Shown here piece after piece: positions 17,226 to 26,107 of a stretch of DNA of 39,538 nucleotides. The position numbers and the translations under genes were made by a program. How positions within the stretch are numbered: the stretch's first letter is position 1; the number at the start of each line of letters is the position of its first letter. The notes beneath the pieces were generated by a model. The model worked only from the letters and a program-made list of their open reading frames with translations. It had not been told where the DNA came from and searched no databases. The stretch is from positions 1-39,538 of the forward strand of contig DATAFP010000192.1 of assembly GCA_036257415.1 (NCBI GenBank), written 5' to 3'. Source of the stretch: Gemmatimonadales bacterium (lineage in GTDB: Bacteria > Gemmatimonadota > Gemmatimonadetes > Gemmatimonadales > GWC2-71-9).

Positions 17226-18275
17226 TTACGCATTCGTCGCCTGGCGTAGACGCTCCAGCACCGCCGCCGCCCGGCCGGCATCGAGCGCTCGCTCTGCCCG
17301 GCTCACCGCGTCCGCAAACGAAAGCCCCAACCCCGCCACGTAGAGCGCCGCGCCAGCGTTGAGCAGCACAGCGGCCCTCGAGGCGGGGCCGCCGTCGCCG
17401 CCGAGCAGCCGCTCGATGCGCGCGGCATTCTCCGCCGGTTCGCCGGCGGCGAGGTCAGCCAGATCCTCGACCGCCAGTCCTACTGTCGCCGCGTCGAGGG
17501 TCCATTGACCAATTCTGCCCTCCCGCACCTCCCACACGCTCGTGGTTCCGTGGGGACTGACTTCATCCATCCCGATGTCGGCGTGCACGACCAGCGCGTG
17601 GAGCGCGCCCAGGTCCCGAAGCGCGCCCGCCACCAACGGCGCGCGGACGCGATCGGCCACGCCGATAACTTGCCGCCGCACGCCGGCGGGATTTGCCAGC
17701 GGCCCGAGCAGGTTCATGATCGTGGCGACGCCGAGCTCCTTGCGTGTCGGGCCCACGTGCCGCATGGCCGGGTGGTAAGTTGGCGCGTACAGGAACACGA
17801 GGCCGACAGCATCGAGAACTTGGGCGGCACGCTCTGGCAGCACGGTGATGTTCACGCCGAGTGCCTCGAGCACGTCGGCCGAACCGCAACGAGAGGTGAA
17901 GCTCCGGTTCCCGTGCTTCGCCACCGGAACGCCGGCACCGGCCACGACGAAGGCGGCGGCGGTCGACACGTTCAGCGTCGCCACCGCGCCGCCGCCTGTG
18001 CCGCAGGTGTCGACCAACCTGTCTCCCCTTGGGGTATCCAGGGGGATCATCGCGCGCCGCAAGGAGGTGGCGGCGCCAGCGAGGTGCTCCGCCGATTCTC
18101 CCCGGGCCCGAAGTCCCATCAGGAGCGCCGCGGTCTGGGCCGGCGTTGCACCACCGCTCATCACCACGTCGAACGCGGCCGCGGTGGCGTCGGCGCTCAG
18201 CGGAATGCCGTCGGCCAGGCAACGAAGCGCGTCGGCGAGCGGGCTGGGAGGGCTCGGCGTCTGGACGGTGCTCAC
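17226..18275 (-). CDS. trpD: Anthranilate phosphoribosyltransferase
   Basis: VDTCGTGGG, PVAKHGNRSFTSRCGSADVLEALG and NLLGPLANPA motifs. GTG start. Confidence 0.92.
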   Translation of the reverse strand: MSTVQTPSPPSPLADALRCLADGIPLSADATAAAFDVVMSGGATPAQTAALLMGLRARGESAEHLAGAATSLRRAMIPLDTPRGDRLVDTCGTGGGAVATLNVSTAAAFVVAGAGVPVAKHGNRSFTSRCGSADVLEALGVNITVLPERAAQVLDAVGLVFLYAPTYHPAMRHVGPTRKELGVATIMNLLGPLANPAGVRRQVIGVADRVRAPLVAGALRDLGALHALVVHADIGMDEVSPHGTTSVWEVREGRIGQWTLDAATVGLAVEDLADLAAGEPAENAARIERLLGGDGGPASRAAVLLNAGAALYVAGLGLSFADAVSRAERALDAGRAAAVLERLRQATNA

Positions 18276-18318
18276 ACGCGGAAACTGGAGTAGGAAAGGG
18301 TCGGCTTCACCCCTCGAA

Positions 18319-18348
18319 AACGTATCTTGTCACGACGCGTTTTGTCAA
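18319..18348 (-). promoter_or_regulatory. Candidate sigma70-type promoter for trpD
   Basis: The reverse strand reads TTGACA (18348..18343), an 18-nt spacer, then TACGTT (18324..18319), about 45 nt upstream of the trpD GTG. The -10 element is weak. Confidence 0.3.
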
Positions 18349-18406
18349 TCGCCACAAGCACTTGCGGTTGTTGCCCGGGTCCCATGCGGGGACTAGATTC
18401 CGGGCG

Positions 18407-19213
18407 ATGCTCCAGACCTTTCTCGCGGTGCTTCATTTCGACGGCGGAGCCTTCCAGGGCTGGCAGCGCCAACCCGCCGGCCGGTCGGTCCAAAGCGAAT
18501 TTGAACGGGTTCTCGAGCGCCTCACCGGACGCCCGACCACCGCCCACGCAGCCGGCCGCACTGACGCCGGTGTGCACGCCCAAGGCCTCGGTGTCAGCTT
18601 TGCCCTCCCGGCACGGTGGACCACGGACGAGGCCAAGCGCGCGCTGAACGCATTGCTGCCGTCTGATTGCTGGGTGGAGCAGCTGACCGCCATGCGCCCG
18701 GGCTTCCACGCTCGCAAGAGCGCCGTGTCCCGCCGCTATCGCTACGATGTCGGGACCGACGCAGCGAGCGCGTCGCCCTTCCGCCGCCGGTTCGAGTGGC
18801 CCCTGGGATGCCCAGTCGACCTCTCCGCCATGCGGAGCGCGGCGGCACAGGTACGAGGCGAGCACGATTTCACGGCCTTCTCGGTGCGGGGGCAACTCAA
18901 GCCACACCATCGGTCCTGTCTCGTCCTGTCCGAGTGGACCGAGCGGCCGGACCAGCGCGGGGTGAGCTATCAGGTCGAGGCTGACCGATTCCTCCACCAC
19001 ATGGTGCGAATGCTGGTTGGAACCATGGTGGAGATCGGGCTGGGCCGGCGAGCCGTAGCCGACATGGCCGCGCTCCTGGTGCGGGGCGATAACCTGGAAA
19101 CCAGCCCCCCTGCTCCCCCCGAAGGTCTGTTCTTCGTCGCGGCGACCTATCCGGCCGAATGTTATGCCGACCTCGACCCTGTTCGGATCGGCGCGGCGGT
19201 GGAGACGCAGTGA
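18407..19213 (+). CDS. truA: tRNA pseudouridine(38-40) synthase
   Basis: FDGGAFQGWQRQ, GRTDAGVHAQG (catalytic Asp), RRYRY and HHMVRMLVG motifs. Start at ATG 18407; the longer track ORF is an upstream extension. Confidence 0.9.
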   Translation: MLQTFLAVLHFDGGAFQGWQRQPAGRSVQSEFERVLERLTGRPTTAHAAGRTDAGVHAQGLGVSFALPARWTTDEAKRALNALLPSDCWVEQLTAMRPGFHARKSAVSRRYRYDVGTDAASASPFRRRFEWPLGCPVDLSAMRSAAAQVRGEHDFTAFSVRGQLKPHHRSCLVLSEWTERPDQRGVSYQVEADRFLHHMVRMLVGTMVEIGLGRRAVADMAALLVRGDNLETSPPAPPEGLFFVAATYPAECYADLDPVRIGAAVETQ

Positions 19214-20646
19214 GACGCGCCTCGCTCACGATTCTGGCGTGCACCGCGGTCGCCGTGGCCTGCGAGCACGGCGACCATGCCGAGTGGTCGATTCAGAGCG
19301 TTGATGCGCAGCAGCCTGAGACGCTCTCCGCTGCTACTCCCGCCCGTCGGCTCAACGTCGGCCGCGACGTGGGCGCCGCCCGGCGCACTGCGCTCGTAGA
19401 GGCCACCGAGCGCGTCGCACCCGCCGTGGTCTCGATTCACCAGACCGGTCGCCAACGGGTCCAGGCCCGAACTCCCTGGGATCTCTTCTTCGTGCCGGAC
19501 GCGGGCGAGCGTCTGGTCGAAGGGTACGGCACCGGCTTCATCATCCGGCAGGATGGCGTCATCGTCACCAACCAGCACGTCGTTGCCGGCGCGGAAAACG
19601 TGACCGTGAGCCTTGCCGACGGAACCGACCTGCCGGCGCGGGTGCTGGGCGAGGACGCGCTGACCGACATCGCGGTGCTCAAGGTGGATCGCAGAGGGCT
19701 TCCTACAGCGCCTACTGGCCGCAGCACGGACCTGATGATCGGAGAGTGGGTGGTCGCGCTGGGCAACCCGTTCGTGTATCTGCTCGGCAATGCGGAGCCG
19801 TCGGTGAGCGTGGGCGTCGTCAGCGCCACGGGCCGCAATATCCTGCCGTCGGGTCAGCAGCCGGGGCTGTATCTCGACATGATCCAGACCGACGCCGCGA
19901 TCAACCCCGGCAACTCGGGCGGGCCACTCACGAACGCGCTAGGCGAAGTCATCGGGGTCAACTCGTCGATCTTCTCCAACAGCGGCGGGTCGATCGGGCT
20001 CGGATTTGCGATCCCGGTTGAGCGGGCGATCGCGGTGGCGGACGCGATCGTGCGCGACGGCGAGGTGCGCCGCGCCTGGACCGGGCTCGACGTCGTGGGG
20101 CCGTCGAGCATGCGGAACTGGAAGAGCGTCGGCGGCGTCGAGGTGGTGTCGGTCGCCCCGGGCGGACCCGCCGAGCGGGCGCGGCTGGCGCCGCGCGACG
20201 TACTGATCGCCGCCAACGGCCGCAGGCTTCGCAACTTTCTCGACTGGGAGGCGGTGAAGCTCGACCTCCAGGTGGGCGACACCGTGGCGCTGGAAGTCCG
20301 CCAAGGTGGCCGGACGACGTCGCGACGGCTGGTGACCGGCGACCTCCCGACCGTGACTGCCGACAAGCTCACCGCGTTGCGCGACATCCAACTCGTGACG
20401 GTCACCCCCAGCGTGCGCGCCGAGCGGGGCATCCGCTCCGAGGCGGGGGCGCTCATCTTCCGCATCACGCCGGCGGCCAGTCGAAGCTCCGGGCTCCGCG
20501 AAGGCGACGTGATCGTCGCGATCAATCGGTCGGCGGTTCGGACCGCGGCGCAGGCGGGCGAGTTGCTGGAGCGGCGCGCCGGGGGGATGCGGGTGTACTT
20601 CGAGCGGAGTGGCGAGATCAACTTCCTCGATCTGGTGCTGCGATGA
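19210..20646 (+). CDS. HtrA/DegP-family serine protease (trypsin-like S1C) with C-terminal PDZ-like domains
   Basis: GTGFII...VTNQHVV (His), DIAVLKV (Asp) and GNSGGPL (Ser). Hydrophobic N-terminus RRASLTILACTAVAVAC is a signal or possible lipoprotein signal. The GTG start forms a GTGA overlap with the truA stop (19210..19213). Confidence 0.85.
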   Translation: MRRASLTILACTAVAVACEHGDHAEWSIQSVDAQQPETLSAATPARRLNVGRDVGAARRTALVEATERVAPAVVSIHQTGRQRVQARTPWDLFFVPDAGERLVEGYGTGFIIRQDGVIVTNQHVVAGAENVTVSLADGTDLPARVLGEDALTDIAVLKVDRRGLPTAPTGRSTDLMIGEWVVALGNPFVYLLGNAEPSVSVGVVSATGRNILPSGQQPGLYLDMIQTDAAINPGNSGGPLTNALGEVIGVNSSIFSNSGGSIGLGFAIPVERAIAVADAIVRDGEVRRAWTGLDVVGPSSMRNWKSVGGVEVVSVAPGGPAERARLAPRDVLIAANGRRLRNFLDWEAVKLDLQVGDTVALEVRQGGRTTSRRLVTGDLPTVTADKLTALRDIQLVTVTPSVRAERGIRSEAGALIFRITPAASRSSGLREGDVIVAINRSAVRTAAQAGELLERRAGGMRVYFERSGEINFLDLVLR

Positions 20647-22082
20647 GCGAAGAGCGCTGGCGGTCACCGCTGGGCACTCGATACGCGTCTCCCGCGATGC
20701 AGTCGCTGTGGGGGGAGCAGCACCGGATCGGGCTGTGGCGCCGCCTGTGGTTGGCCCTGGCCGAGACCCAGCGCGAACTCGGCCTGGCTATTCCGGAGGC
20801 GGCGATCGCGGAGATGCGGGCGCACCTCGACGACGCCGACCTCGCCGCGGCTGCCCGGTACGAGCGCCGCTTCCGCCACGATGTGATGGCGCATGTCCAC
20901 GCGTTCGGCGACCAGGCCCCGGCCGCGCGCCCCTACATCCATCTCGGCGCCACCAGCGCATTCGTCACCGACAATGCCGAGCTGATCGTCATGCGCGAGG
21001 GGATGCGGCTGCTGCTCGGCCGGCTCCTCGCGGTCCTGGCCGCGCTGGAAGGCTTTGCCCGACGGCACGCGGCCCTTCCCTGCCTTGCGTACACCCATTT
21101 TCAACCGGCCCAGCTGACCACGGTGGGCAAGCGCACCACGCTCTGGATGCAGGATTTCGCCAGCGACGTCGAGGAGCTCTGCCACCGCATCACGACCATG
21201 CGCTTCCGTGGGTGCAAGGGTACCACCGGCACACAGGCGTCGTTCCTCGAGCTGTTCGGAGGCGATCACGCGAAGGTCCGGGAGCTCGACCGCCGCGTGA
21301 CCTCGCGCATGGGCTTCACCCAGGCGTACCCGGTGACCGGGCAGACCTACTCCCGCAAGGGCGACAGCGTCGTGCTCGATGCGCTGAGCGGGGCGGCCCA
21401 ATCGGCGGCCAAGATGGCCGGCGACCTGAGGCTGCTGCAGCACGAGGGCGAGCTCCTGGAGCCTTTCGAGAGCGAGCAGATCGGATCGAGCGCGATGGCG
21501 TACAAGCGAAACCCGATGCGCGCGGAGCGAATCGGCGGCCTCGCGCGCTTCGTGCTCTCGCTGCAGGCGAACACCGGGCAGACTGCAGCCGCCCAGTGGC
21601 TCGAGCGTAGCCTCGACGACAGCGCCAACCGACGGCTCACGCTCCCCGAGGCGTTCCTCGCTACCGACGCGATTCTGGTGCTCGCGACCAACGTGGCCGC
21701 TGGCCTCGAGCTGCGCGAATCGGTGGTCGCGGCGCACGTGGCGGCCCAGATGCCGTTCATGGCCACCGAGCGGTGGCTGATGCTTGCCGCCGGTGCGGGC
21801 GGCGACCGGCAATCGATTCACGAGGTCATCCGCCAGCACAGCCTGGCGGTCGCCGAGGCAGTCAGCCGGGGCGAGCCGAACGACCTGCTCGCGCGGCTTG
21901 CCGCGGATCCGGCTTTCCGCAGCGTGCCGGCCGAAGCACTCCGGGGCGAGCTGGACCCGGCCCGCTACACCGGCCGCGCCGCCGAACAGGTCGAAGAGTT
22001 TCTCACCGAGCACCTGGATCCGGTACGAGCCCGCGCGCGGCCGCTGGCCGCGGACGCCGAGGCCGCGGAGGTCAGGGTATGA
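20643..22082 (+). CDS. purB: Adenylosuccinate lyase
   Basis: RYASPAM N-terminus, GSSAMAYKRNPMRAERI signature loop, 479 aa. ATGA overlap with the htrA stop. Confidence 0.93.
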   Translation: MSEERWRSPLGTRYASPAMQSLWGEQHRIGLWRRLWLALAETQRELGLAIPEAAIAEMRAHLDDADLAAAARYERRFRHDVMAHVHAFGDQAPAARPYIHLGATSAFVTDNAELIVMREGMRLLLGRLLAVLAALEGFARRHAALPCLAYTHFQPAQLTTVGKRTTLWMQDFASDVEELCHRITTMRFRGCKGTTGTQASFLELFGGDHAKVRELDRRVTSRMGFTQAYPVTGQTYSRKGDSVVLDALSGAAQSAAKMAGDLRLLQHEGELLEPFESEQIGSSAMAYKRNPMRAERIGGLARFVLSLQANTGQTAAAQWLERSLDDSANRRLTLPEAFLATDAILVLATNVAAGLELRESVVAAHVAAQMPFMATERWLMLAAGAGGDRQSIHEVIRQHSLAVAEAVSRGEPNDLLARLAADPAFRSVPAEALRGELDPARYTGRAAEQVEEFLTEHLDPVRARARPLAADAEAAEVRV

Positions 22083-22996
22083 CTGTGCTCGAGCGAAGCG
22101 CGTTGCCGTTGCCCCTGGTGCGGAGGGGCAAAGTCCGGGAGGTGTACGAGGTTGATCCGGCGCACCTCCTCCTGGTCGCGAGCGACCGGGTCAGCGCATT
22201 CGATGTCGTCATGCGCGAAGCAGTTCCACACAAGGGTGCGGTGCTCACCCAGCTCAGCGCCTTCTGGTTCGAGCGGCTCGCCGACGTCATCCCGTCGCAC
22301 TTCATCACGGCGGACGCGGCTCAGATCGTCGCACGGATTCCCGCGCTGGCCGACGTCCGGCCACAGCTGGTCGGTCGGGCCATGCTGGTGCGGCGTACCG
22401 CGCCGGTGCCGTTCGAGTGCGTGGTTCGCGGCTACCTCTCCGGCTCGGCATGGGCCGAGTATCGCCGCCTCGGGACACTGGCGGGCGAGCGCCTGCCCGA
22501 CGGACTGGTGGAAAGCGCCCGTCTCCCCGCGCCGGTGTTCTCACCGGCCACCAAGGCCGAGAGCGGCCACGACGAGAACGTGCCGCCGAGCGCGGTGGCT
22601 CACGCCCTCGGTAGCGATGTCGCGGGCCAGCTCGAAACCGCGAGCTTCGCGGTGTACGCGGCCGGCCGCGATCACGCCGAGTCCCGGGGCATCATCATTG
22701 CAGATACCAAGTTCGAGTTCGGCTTCGACGAGGCTGGCACGCTGCGAATCATCGACGAGCTCCTCACCCCGGATTCGTCGCGATTCTGGCCGGCGGATCG
22801 CTATTCGCCCGGCGGCCCGCAACCGAGCTTCGACAAGCAGCCCCTCCGGGACTACCTTGCCGAGCTCAAGGCCCAAGGTGGCTGGAACGGAGACCCGCCC
22901 CCACCGGCGCTGCCGCCGCATGTAGTGGAGGCGACCAGCCGTCGCTATCTCGAGGCATACCGGCGGTTGACCGGCCGAGAGTTGGCGGTGGCGTAG
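22079..22996 (+). CDS. purC: Phosphoribosylaminoimidazole-succinocarboxamide (SAICAR) synthase
   Basis: RGKVREVYEV, LVASDRVSAFD, IADTKFEFG and TPDSSRFW motifs. ATGA overlap with the purB stop (22079..22082). Confidence 0.92.
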   Translation: MTVLERSALPLPLVRRGKVREVYEVDPAHLLLVASDRVSAFDVVMREAVPHKGAVLTQLSAFWFERLADVIPSHFITADAAQIVARIPALADVRPQLVGRAMLVRRTAPVPFECVVRGYLSGSAWAEYRRLGTLAGERLPDGLVESARLPAPVFSPATKAESGHDENVPPSAVAHALGSDVAGQLETASFAVYAAGRDHAESRGIIIADTKFEFGFDEAGTLRIIDELLTPDSSRFWPADRYSPGGPQPSFDKQPLRDYLAELKAQGGWNGDPPPPALPPHVVEATSRRYLEAYRRLTGRELAVA

Positions 22997-23625
22997 TGCG
23001 ATTCGCACCTGAGGGTCGCTGGTTCATCATCGGAGCGTGGGGCGTGGTCGCCGCGCTTGCCGTCGCCGGCGTGTGGATCGGCGCCGTCGTCGCGGCGCTC
23101 CTCGCGCTGTGGGTGATGTGGTTCTTCCGCGACCCGGAGCGGCGGTGGGGGCGCGGCGACGACCTGATTCTCGCCCCGGCCGACGGCAAAGTGATGAGCA
23201 TTATCGACGCGGAGGAGCCCACGTTCATCGGCGGTCCCGCCACGCGGATCTCGATCTTCATGAACGTGCTCGACTGTCATGTGAATCGATATCCCGCCGA
23301 GGGCGCGGTCGAGTACCGATATTACAATCCAGGCAAGTTCCTGAACGCGGCGGGCGACAAGGCCAGCCTTGACAACGAGCAGTCCTCGGTGGGGATCGCT
23401 ACCGGCCGCGGCCCCATTCTGGTTCGGCAGATTGCAGGGCTCATCGCGCGGCGGATCGTCACCGACCATCCGGTGGGGTCGGCGGTGTTGCAGGCGCAGC
23501 GACTGGGTATGATCCGCTTCGGATCGCGCGTGGACCTGTTTCTGCCCAGCGCATCCGTGACGGTGCTGGTGAAGGTCGGTGACGTGACTTTAGCGGGAGT
23601 GACCCCGGTGGCCCGATGGAACTGA
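22996..23625 (+). CDS. psd: Phosphatidylserine decarboxylase proenzyme (short type)
   Basis: Two N-terminal TM helices, FFRDPER, SPADGKV-like APADGKV, FMNVLDCHVNR, and an FGSRVD self-cleavage (G-S) site. The GTG start overlaps the purC TAG by 1 nt. Confidence 0.85.
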   Translation: MRFAPEGRWFIIGAWGVVAALAVAGVWIGAVVAALLALWVMWFFRDPERRWGRGDDLILAPADGKVMSIIDAEEPTFIGGPATRISIFMNVLDCHVNRYPAEGAVEYRYYNPGKFLNAAGDKASLDNEQSSVGIATGRGPILVRQIAGLIARRIVTDHPVGSAVLQAQRLGMIRFGSRVDLFLPSASVTVLVKVGDVTLAGVTPVARWN

Positions 23626-24497
23626 TTCCACGCCGTCCCAATCTTCGACCACCCAACATGCGGCGGGTGGTCGTGGTGATGCCGAGCGCGTTCACGCTGG
23701 GCAACCTGTTCTTCGGATTCTGGTCGATCGTTTACGCCTTCAACGGGAACTACCGGTGGGCCAGCTGGTTCATCGTGTTCGCGGCCATTCTCGACATGCT
23801 GGACGGGCGGGTCGCCCGTCTCTCCAACACCAACAGCCGGTTCGGCGCCGAGCTCGACTCGTTGGTCGATGTGATCTCGTTCGGGGTGGCGCCCGCTCTT
23901 CTGGTCTACTTCCTCGACTTCGCGGCGGCGGGACGATTCGCCTGGCTGCTCTGCTACATCTACGTCGTCGCCGTCGCCCTCCGGCTGGCCCGCTACAACG
24001 TGCTCGCCTCGTCCGGCGCCAAGTCCAGTCCGGGATGGTTCACGGGGCTTCCCTCCCCGGCCGCCGGCTGCACCCTCGCGGTGTTTTATCCATTCAGCCA
24101 GACCGAGTGGTATCGGGCGTCGCTGGCGTATCTCGACCTCCAGCACCAGGGTCTGGTGGTGCTGCTGCTCCTGCTGTCGCTGTTGATGGTGAGCAACGTA
24201 AAGTATCCCCGCTTTCCGCCCATCGGATTCCGGTCGAGACGCGGGCTGTTCGGCCTGGCGGTGCACATCATCATTCTGGGCGGTGGCTTGCTCTGGCCGG
24301 CATCGTTCCTGTTCCCGCTCGGCTTGACCTACATGACCTTCGGGGTCGTCCGTGCCTTCGTGCTCGGCTTTATGGAGCGCAATGAGGACGTCACCGAGCC
24401 CGCGGCCGAGCCGGTCCGAAACGACGCGATCGTGGCGGAGGCGCCGCACGAGCGTCGCCGCATCTGGGGTGACCGACGACAGGAGCCTATCGAATGA
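23616..24497 (+). CDS. pssA: CDP-diacylglycerol--serine O-phosphatidyltransferase (CDP-alcohol phosphatidyltransferase family)
   Basis: DMLDGRVARLSNTNSRFGAELDSLVDVISFG matches the D-G-x2-A-R-x8-G-x3-D-x3-D motif. Multiple TM helices. Overlaps the psd end by 10 nt. Confidence 0.85.
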   Translation: MELIPRRPNLRPPNMRRVVVVMPSAFTLGNLFFGFWSIVYAFNGNYRWASWFIVFAAILDMLDGRVARLSNTNSRFGAELDSLVDVISFGVAPALLVYFLDFAAAGRFAWLLCYIYVVAVALRLARYNVLASSGAKSSPGWFTGLPSPAAGCTLAVFYPFSQTEWYRASLAYLDLQHQGLVVLLLLLSLLMVSNVKYPRFPPIGFRSRRGLFGLAVHIIILGGGLLWPASFLFPLGLTYMTFGVVRAFVLGFMERNEDVTEPAAEPVRNDAIVAEAPHERRRIWGDRRQEPIE

Positions 24498-24745
24498 GTT
24501 ATCGGGTACACGTGCGCGTCATGCCTCGTGCCGGTCTCCTCGATCCGCAGGGTCAGGCGGTCGAGCATGCGCTTGGTACCCTCGGATTCGAGGAAGCGGG
24601 CGGGGTTCGGGTGGGCCGCGCCATCGAGTTGCGCGTCCGCGCTTCGTCGGCCGCGGACGCCGAAGCCAAGGCTCGCCGCATGTGCGACCGGCTGTTCGCA
24701 AACCCGGTCACCGAGGATTACACCGTCCAGGTGGAGGGGGTCTGA
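24494..24745 (+). CDS. purS: Phosphoribosylformylglycinamidine synthase subunit PurS
   Basis: 83 aa. VRVMPRAGLLDPQGQAVEHALGTLGF...ANPVTEDY is the PurS pattern. ATGA overlap with the pssA stop. Confidence 0.9.
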   Translation: MSYRVHVRVMPRAGLLDPQGQAVEHALGTLGFEEAGGVRVGRAIELRVRASSAADAEAKARRMCDRLFANPVTEDYTVQVEGV

Positions 24746-25446
24746 TGCAGCGCGTGGCGGTGGTGCGGTTTCCCGGGAGCAACTGCGATTACGACTCGCT
24801 GCGCGCCGCGGCCCAGGTCGGTGCCGATGCGTACTTCGTCTGGCATCGCGACACTGACCTGGGTGGCGCCGACGTCGTCGTGTTGCCCGGTGGATTCAGC
24901 TACGGCGACTACCTCCGGGCGGGGGCGATCGCCCGGTTCAGTCCGGTGATGCCGGCGGTGCAGCGGCACGCCGCCGAAGGTGGCGCGGTGTTCGGCATCT
25001 GCAACGGGTTCCAGATTCTCTGCGAGGCGGGCTTGCTGCCGGGCGCCCTGGTGCGGAACGCGGGTCTCCATTTCGTCTCCAAGCCGGTCGATCTCCGGGT
25101 CGAGCGTACCGATACGGTGTTCACCTCCGGTTTTGCCGCGGGCGAGCGCATCCGGCTGCCGGTCTCGCACGGCGAGGGACGCTACGTAGCCGACGAAGCC
25201 ACGATCGCGCAGCTTGAAGGCGAGGGTCGCGTGGTGCTGCGCTATTTACCGGATGCGATGGGTGTCGAGCCCAATCCCAATGGCTCCGCCCGCGACATCG
25301 CCGGCATCTGCAATCCGACCGGCACGATCTTGGGCATCATGCCGCACCCGGACCGGGCCTGGATGCCCAGCCTCGGTTCGACTGACGGGCTTCGATTCTT
25401 CACCTCGATGGTGGCATGGCAGCCGGCCGTGCCCGGGAGGTCCTGA
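24745..25446 (+). CDS. purQ: Phosphoribosylformylglycinamidine synthase, glutaminase subunit PurQ
   Basis: VVRFPGSNCDYD, LPGGFSYGDYLR, ICNGFQIL (Cys nucleophile) and MPHPDRA (His). The ATG overlaps the purS TGA by 1 nt. Confidence 0.92.
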   Translation: MQRVAVVRFPGSNCDYDSLRAAAQVGADAYFVWHRDTDLGGADVVVLPGGFSYGDYLRAGAIARFSPVMPAVQRHAAEGGAVFGICNGFQILCEAGLLPGALVRNAGLHFVSKPVDLRVERTDTVFTSGFAAGERIRLPVSHGEGRYVADEATIAQLEGEGRVVLRYLPDAMGVEPNPNGSARDIAGICNPTGTILGIMPHPDRAWMPSLGSTDGLRFFTSMVAWQPAVPGRS

Positions 25447-25775
25447 TGCGCGCCGCGTGTTCGCTCGCCTTCCTCACTTGCCTGGTCGCAGGACCCGTAA
25501 CCGCTCAGGCCCCGGCCCCCGTGCGGCCGGGCTTGACCGAGGCCGAGGTTGTTGCCGCGTGGGGTGAGCCGCTCGCTAAGCGCACCCGGGGGAACTTTAC
25601 CTACCTGCACTTTCAAACCGACTGCCTCAAGGAATGTGGAACGTACGACGTGGTGATTCTCGAGGGAGGCCAGGTCGTGGATGCGATCGCGCGCTCGAAG
25701 AATCACCGTTACGACGGGGTCTCCTCGTCCCCTGTGGAACGGCCGCCTGAATACACGGCGCTGACGACGCCATGA
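25446..25775 (+). CDS. Small secreted protein, possibly SmpA/OmlA (BamE)-like fold
   Basis: 109 aa. Signal peptide MRAACSLAFLTCLVAGPVTAQA. GLTEAEVVAAWGEPL resembles the start of the BamE-like domain. The ATG overlaps the purQ TGA. The functional call is weak. Confidence 0.5.
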   Translation: MRAACSLAFLTCLVAGPVTAQAPAPVRPGLTEAEVVAAWGEPLAKRTRGNFTYLHFQTDCLKECGTYDVVILEGGQVVDAIARSKNHRYDGVSSSPVERPPEYTALTTP

Positions 25776-26107
25776 GTACCGACAACAAGCCCAGCAAGAA
25801 CGAAGACGAATACTTCGCCCAGCAGGACCGTGAGCTGCTGGATCGGCAACGGCGGCAAGCCAACGCGGCGGCCGCGGACGCCGAGCGCCGCAGCCACCTG
25901 ATGAAGTGTCCCAAAGACGGCCACGATCTCAAGACGGTGACTTTGCACGGCGTGCAGATCGAGTCCTGTCCTCACTGCCGCGGCATCTGGCTCGACGCTG
26001 GAGAGCTGGAGATCATCGAGGCGCACGATGACCGCCCGGCCCTTCTCGGGCGAGTGCTGAACGACATCTTCACCGGCATGGGCCGGGGAAAGCACAAGGT
26101 TGGCTGA
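25772..26107 (+). CDS. Zinc-ribbon protein (zf-TFIIB-like, CPxC...CPxCxGxWLD type)
   Basis: 111 aa. CPKDGHDL...[20 protein letters not shown] is the four-Cys ribbon with the characteristic G-x-W-L-D-x-G-E-L tail. ATGA overlap with the upstream stop (25772..25775). Confidence 0.65.
   Translation: MSTDNKPSKNEDEYFAQQDRELLDRQRRQANAAAADAERRSHLMKCPKDGHDLKTVTLHGVQIESCPHCRGIWLDAGELEIIEAHDDRPALLGRVLNDIFTGMGRGKHKVG

Noticed and set aside
18272-18385. A 37-codon minus-strand uORF (MGPGQQPQVLVAIDKTRRDKIRFRGVKPTLSYSSFRV) whose stop overlaps the trpD GTG as GTGA, considered as a possible trp attenuation leader peptide.
   Set aside because: It contains no Trp codons. The best promoter-like element for trpD (TTGACA at 18348..18343) lies inside it. 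I also could not identify alternative terminator/antiterminator hairpins.
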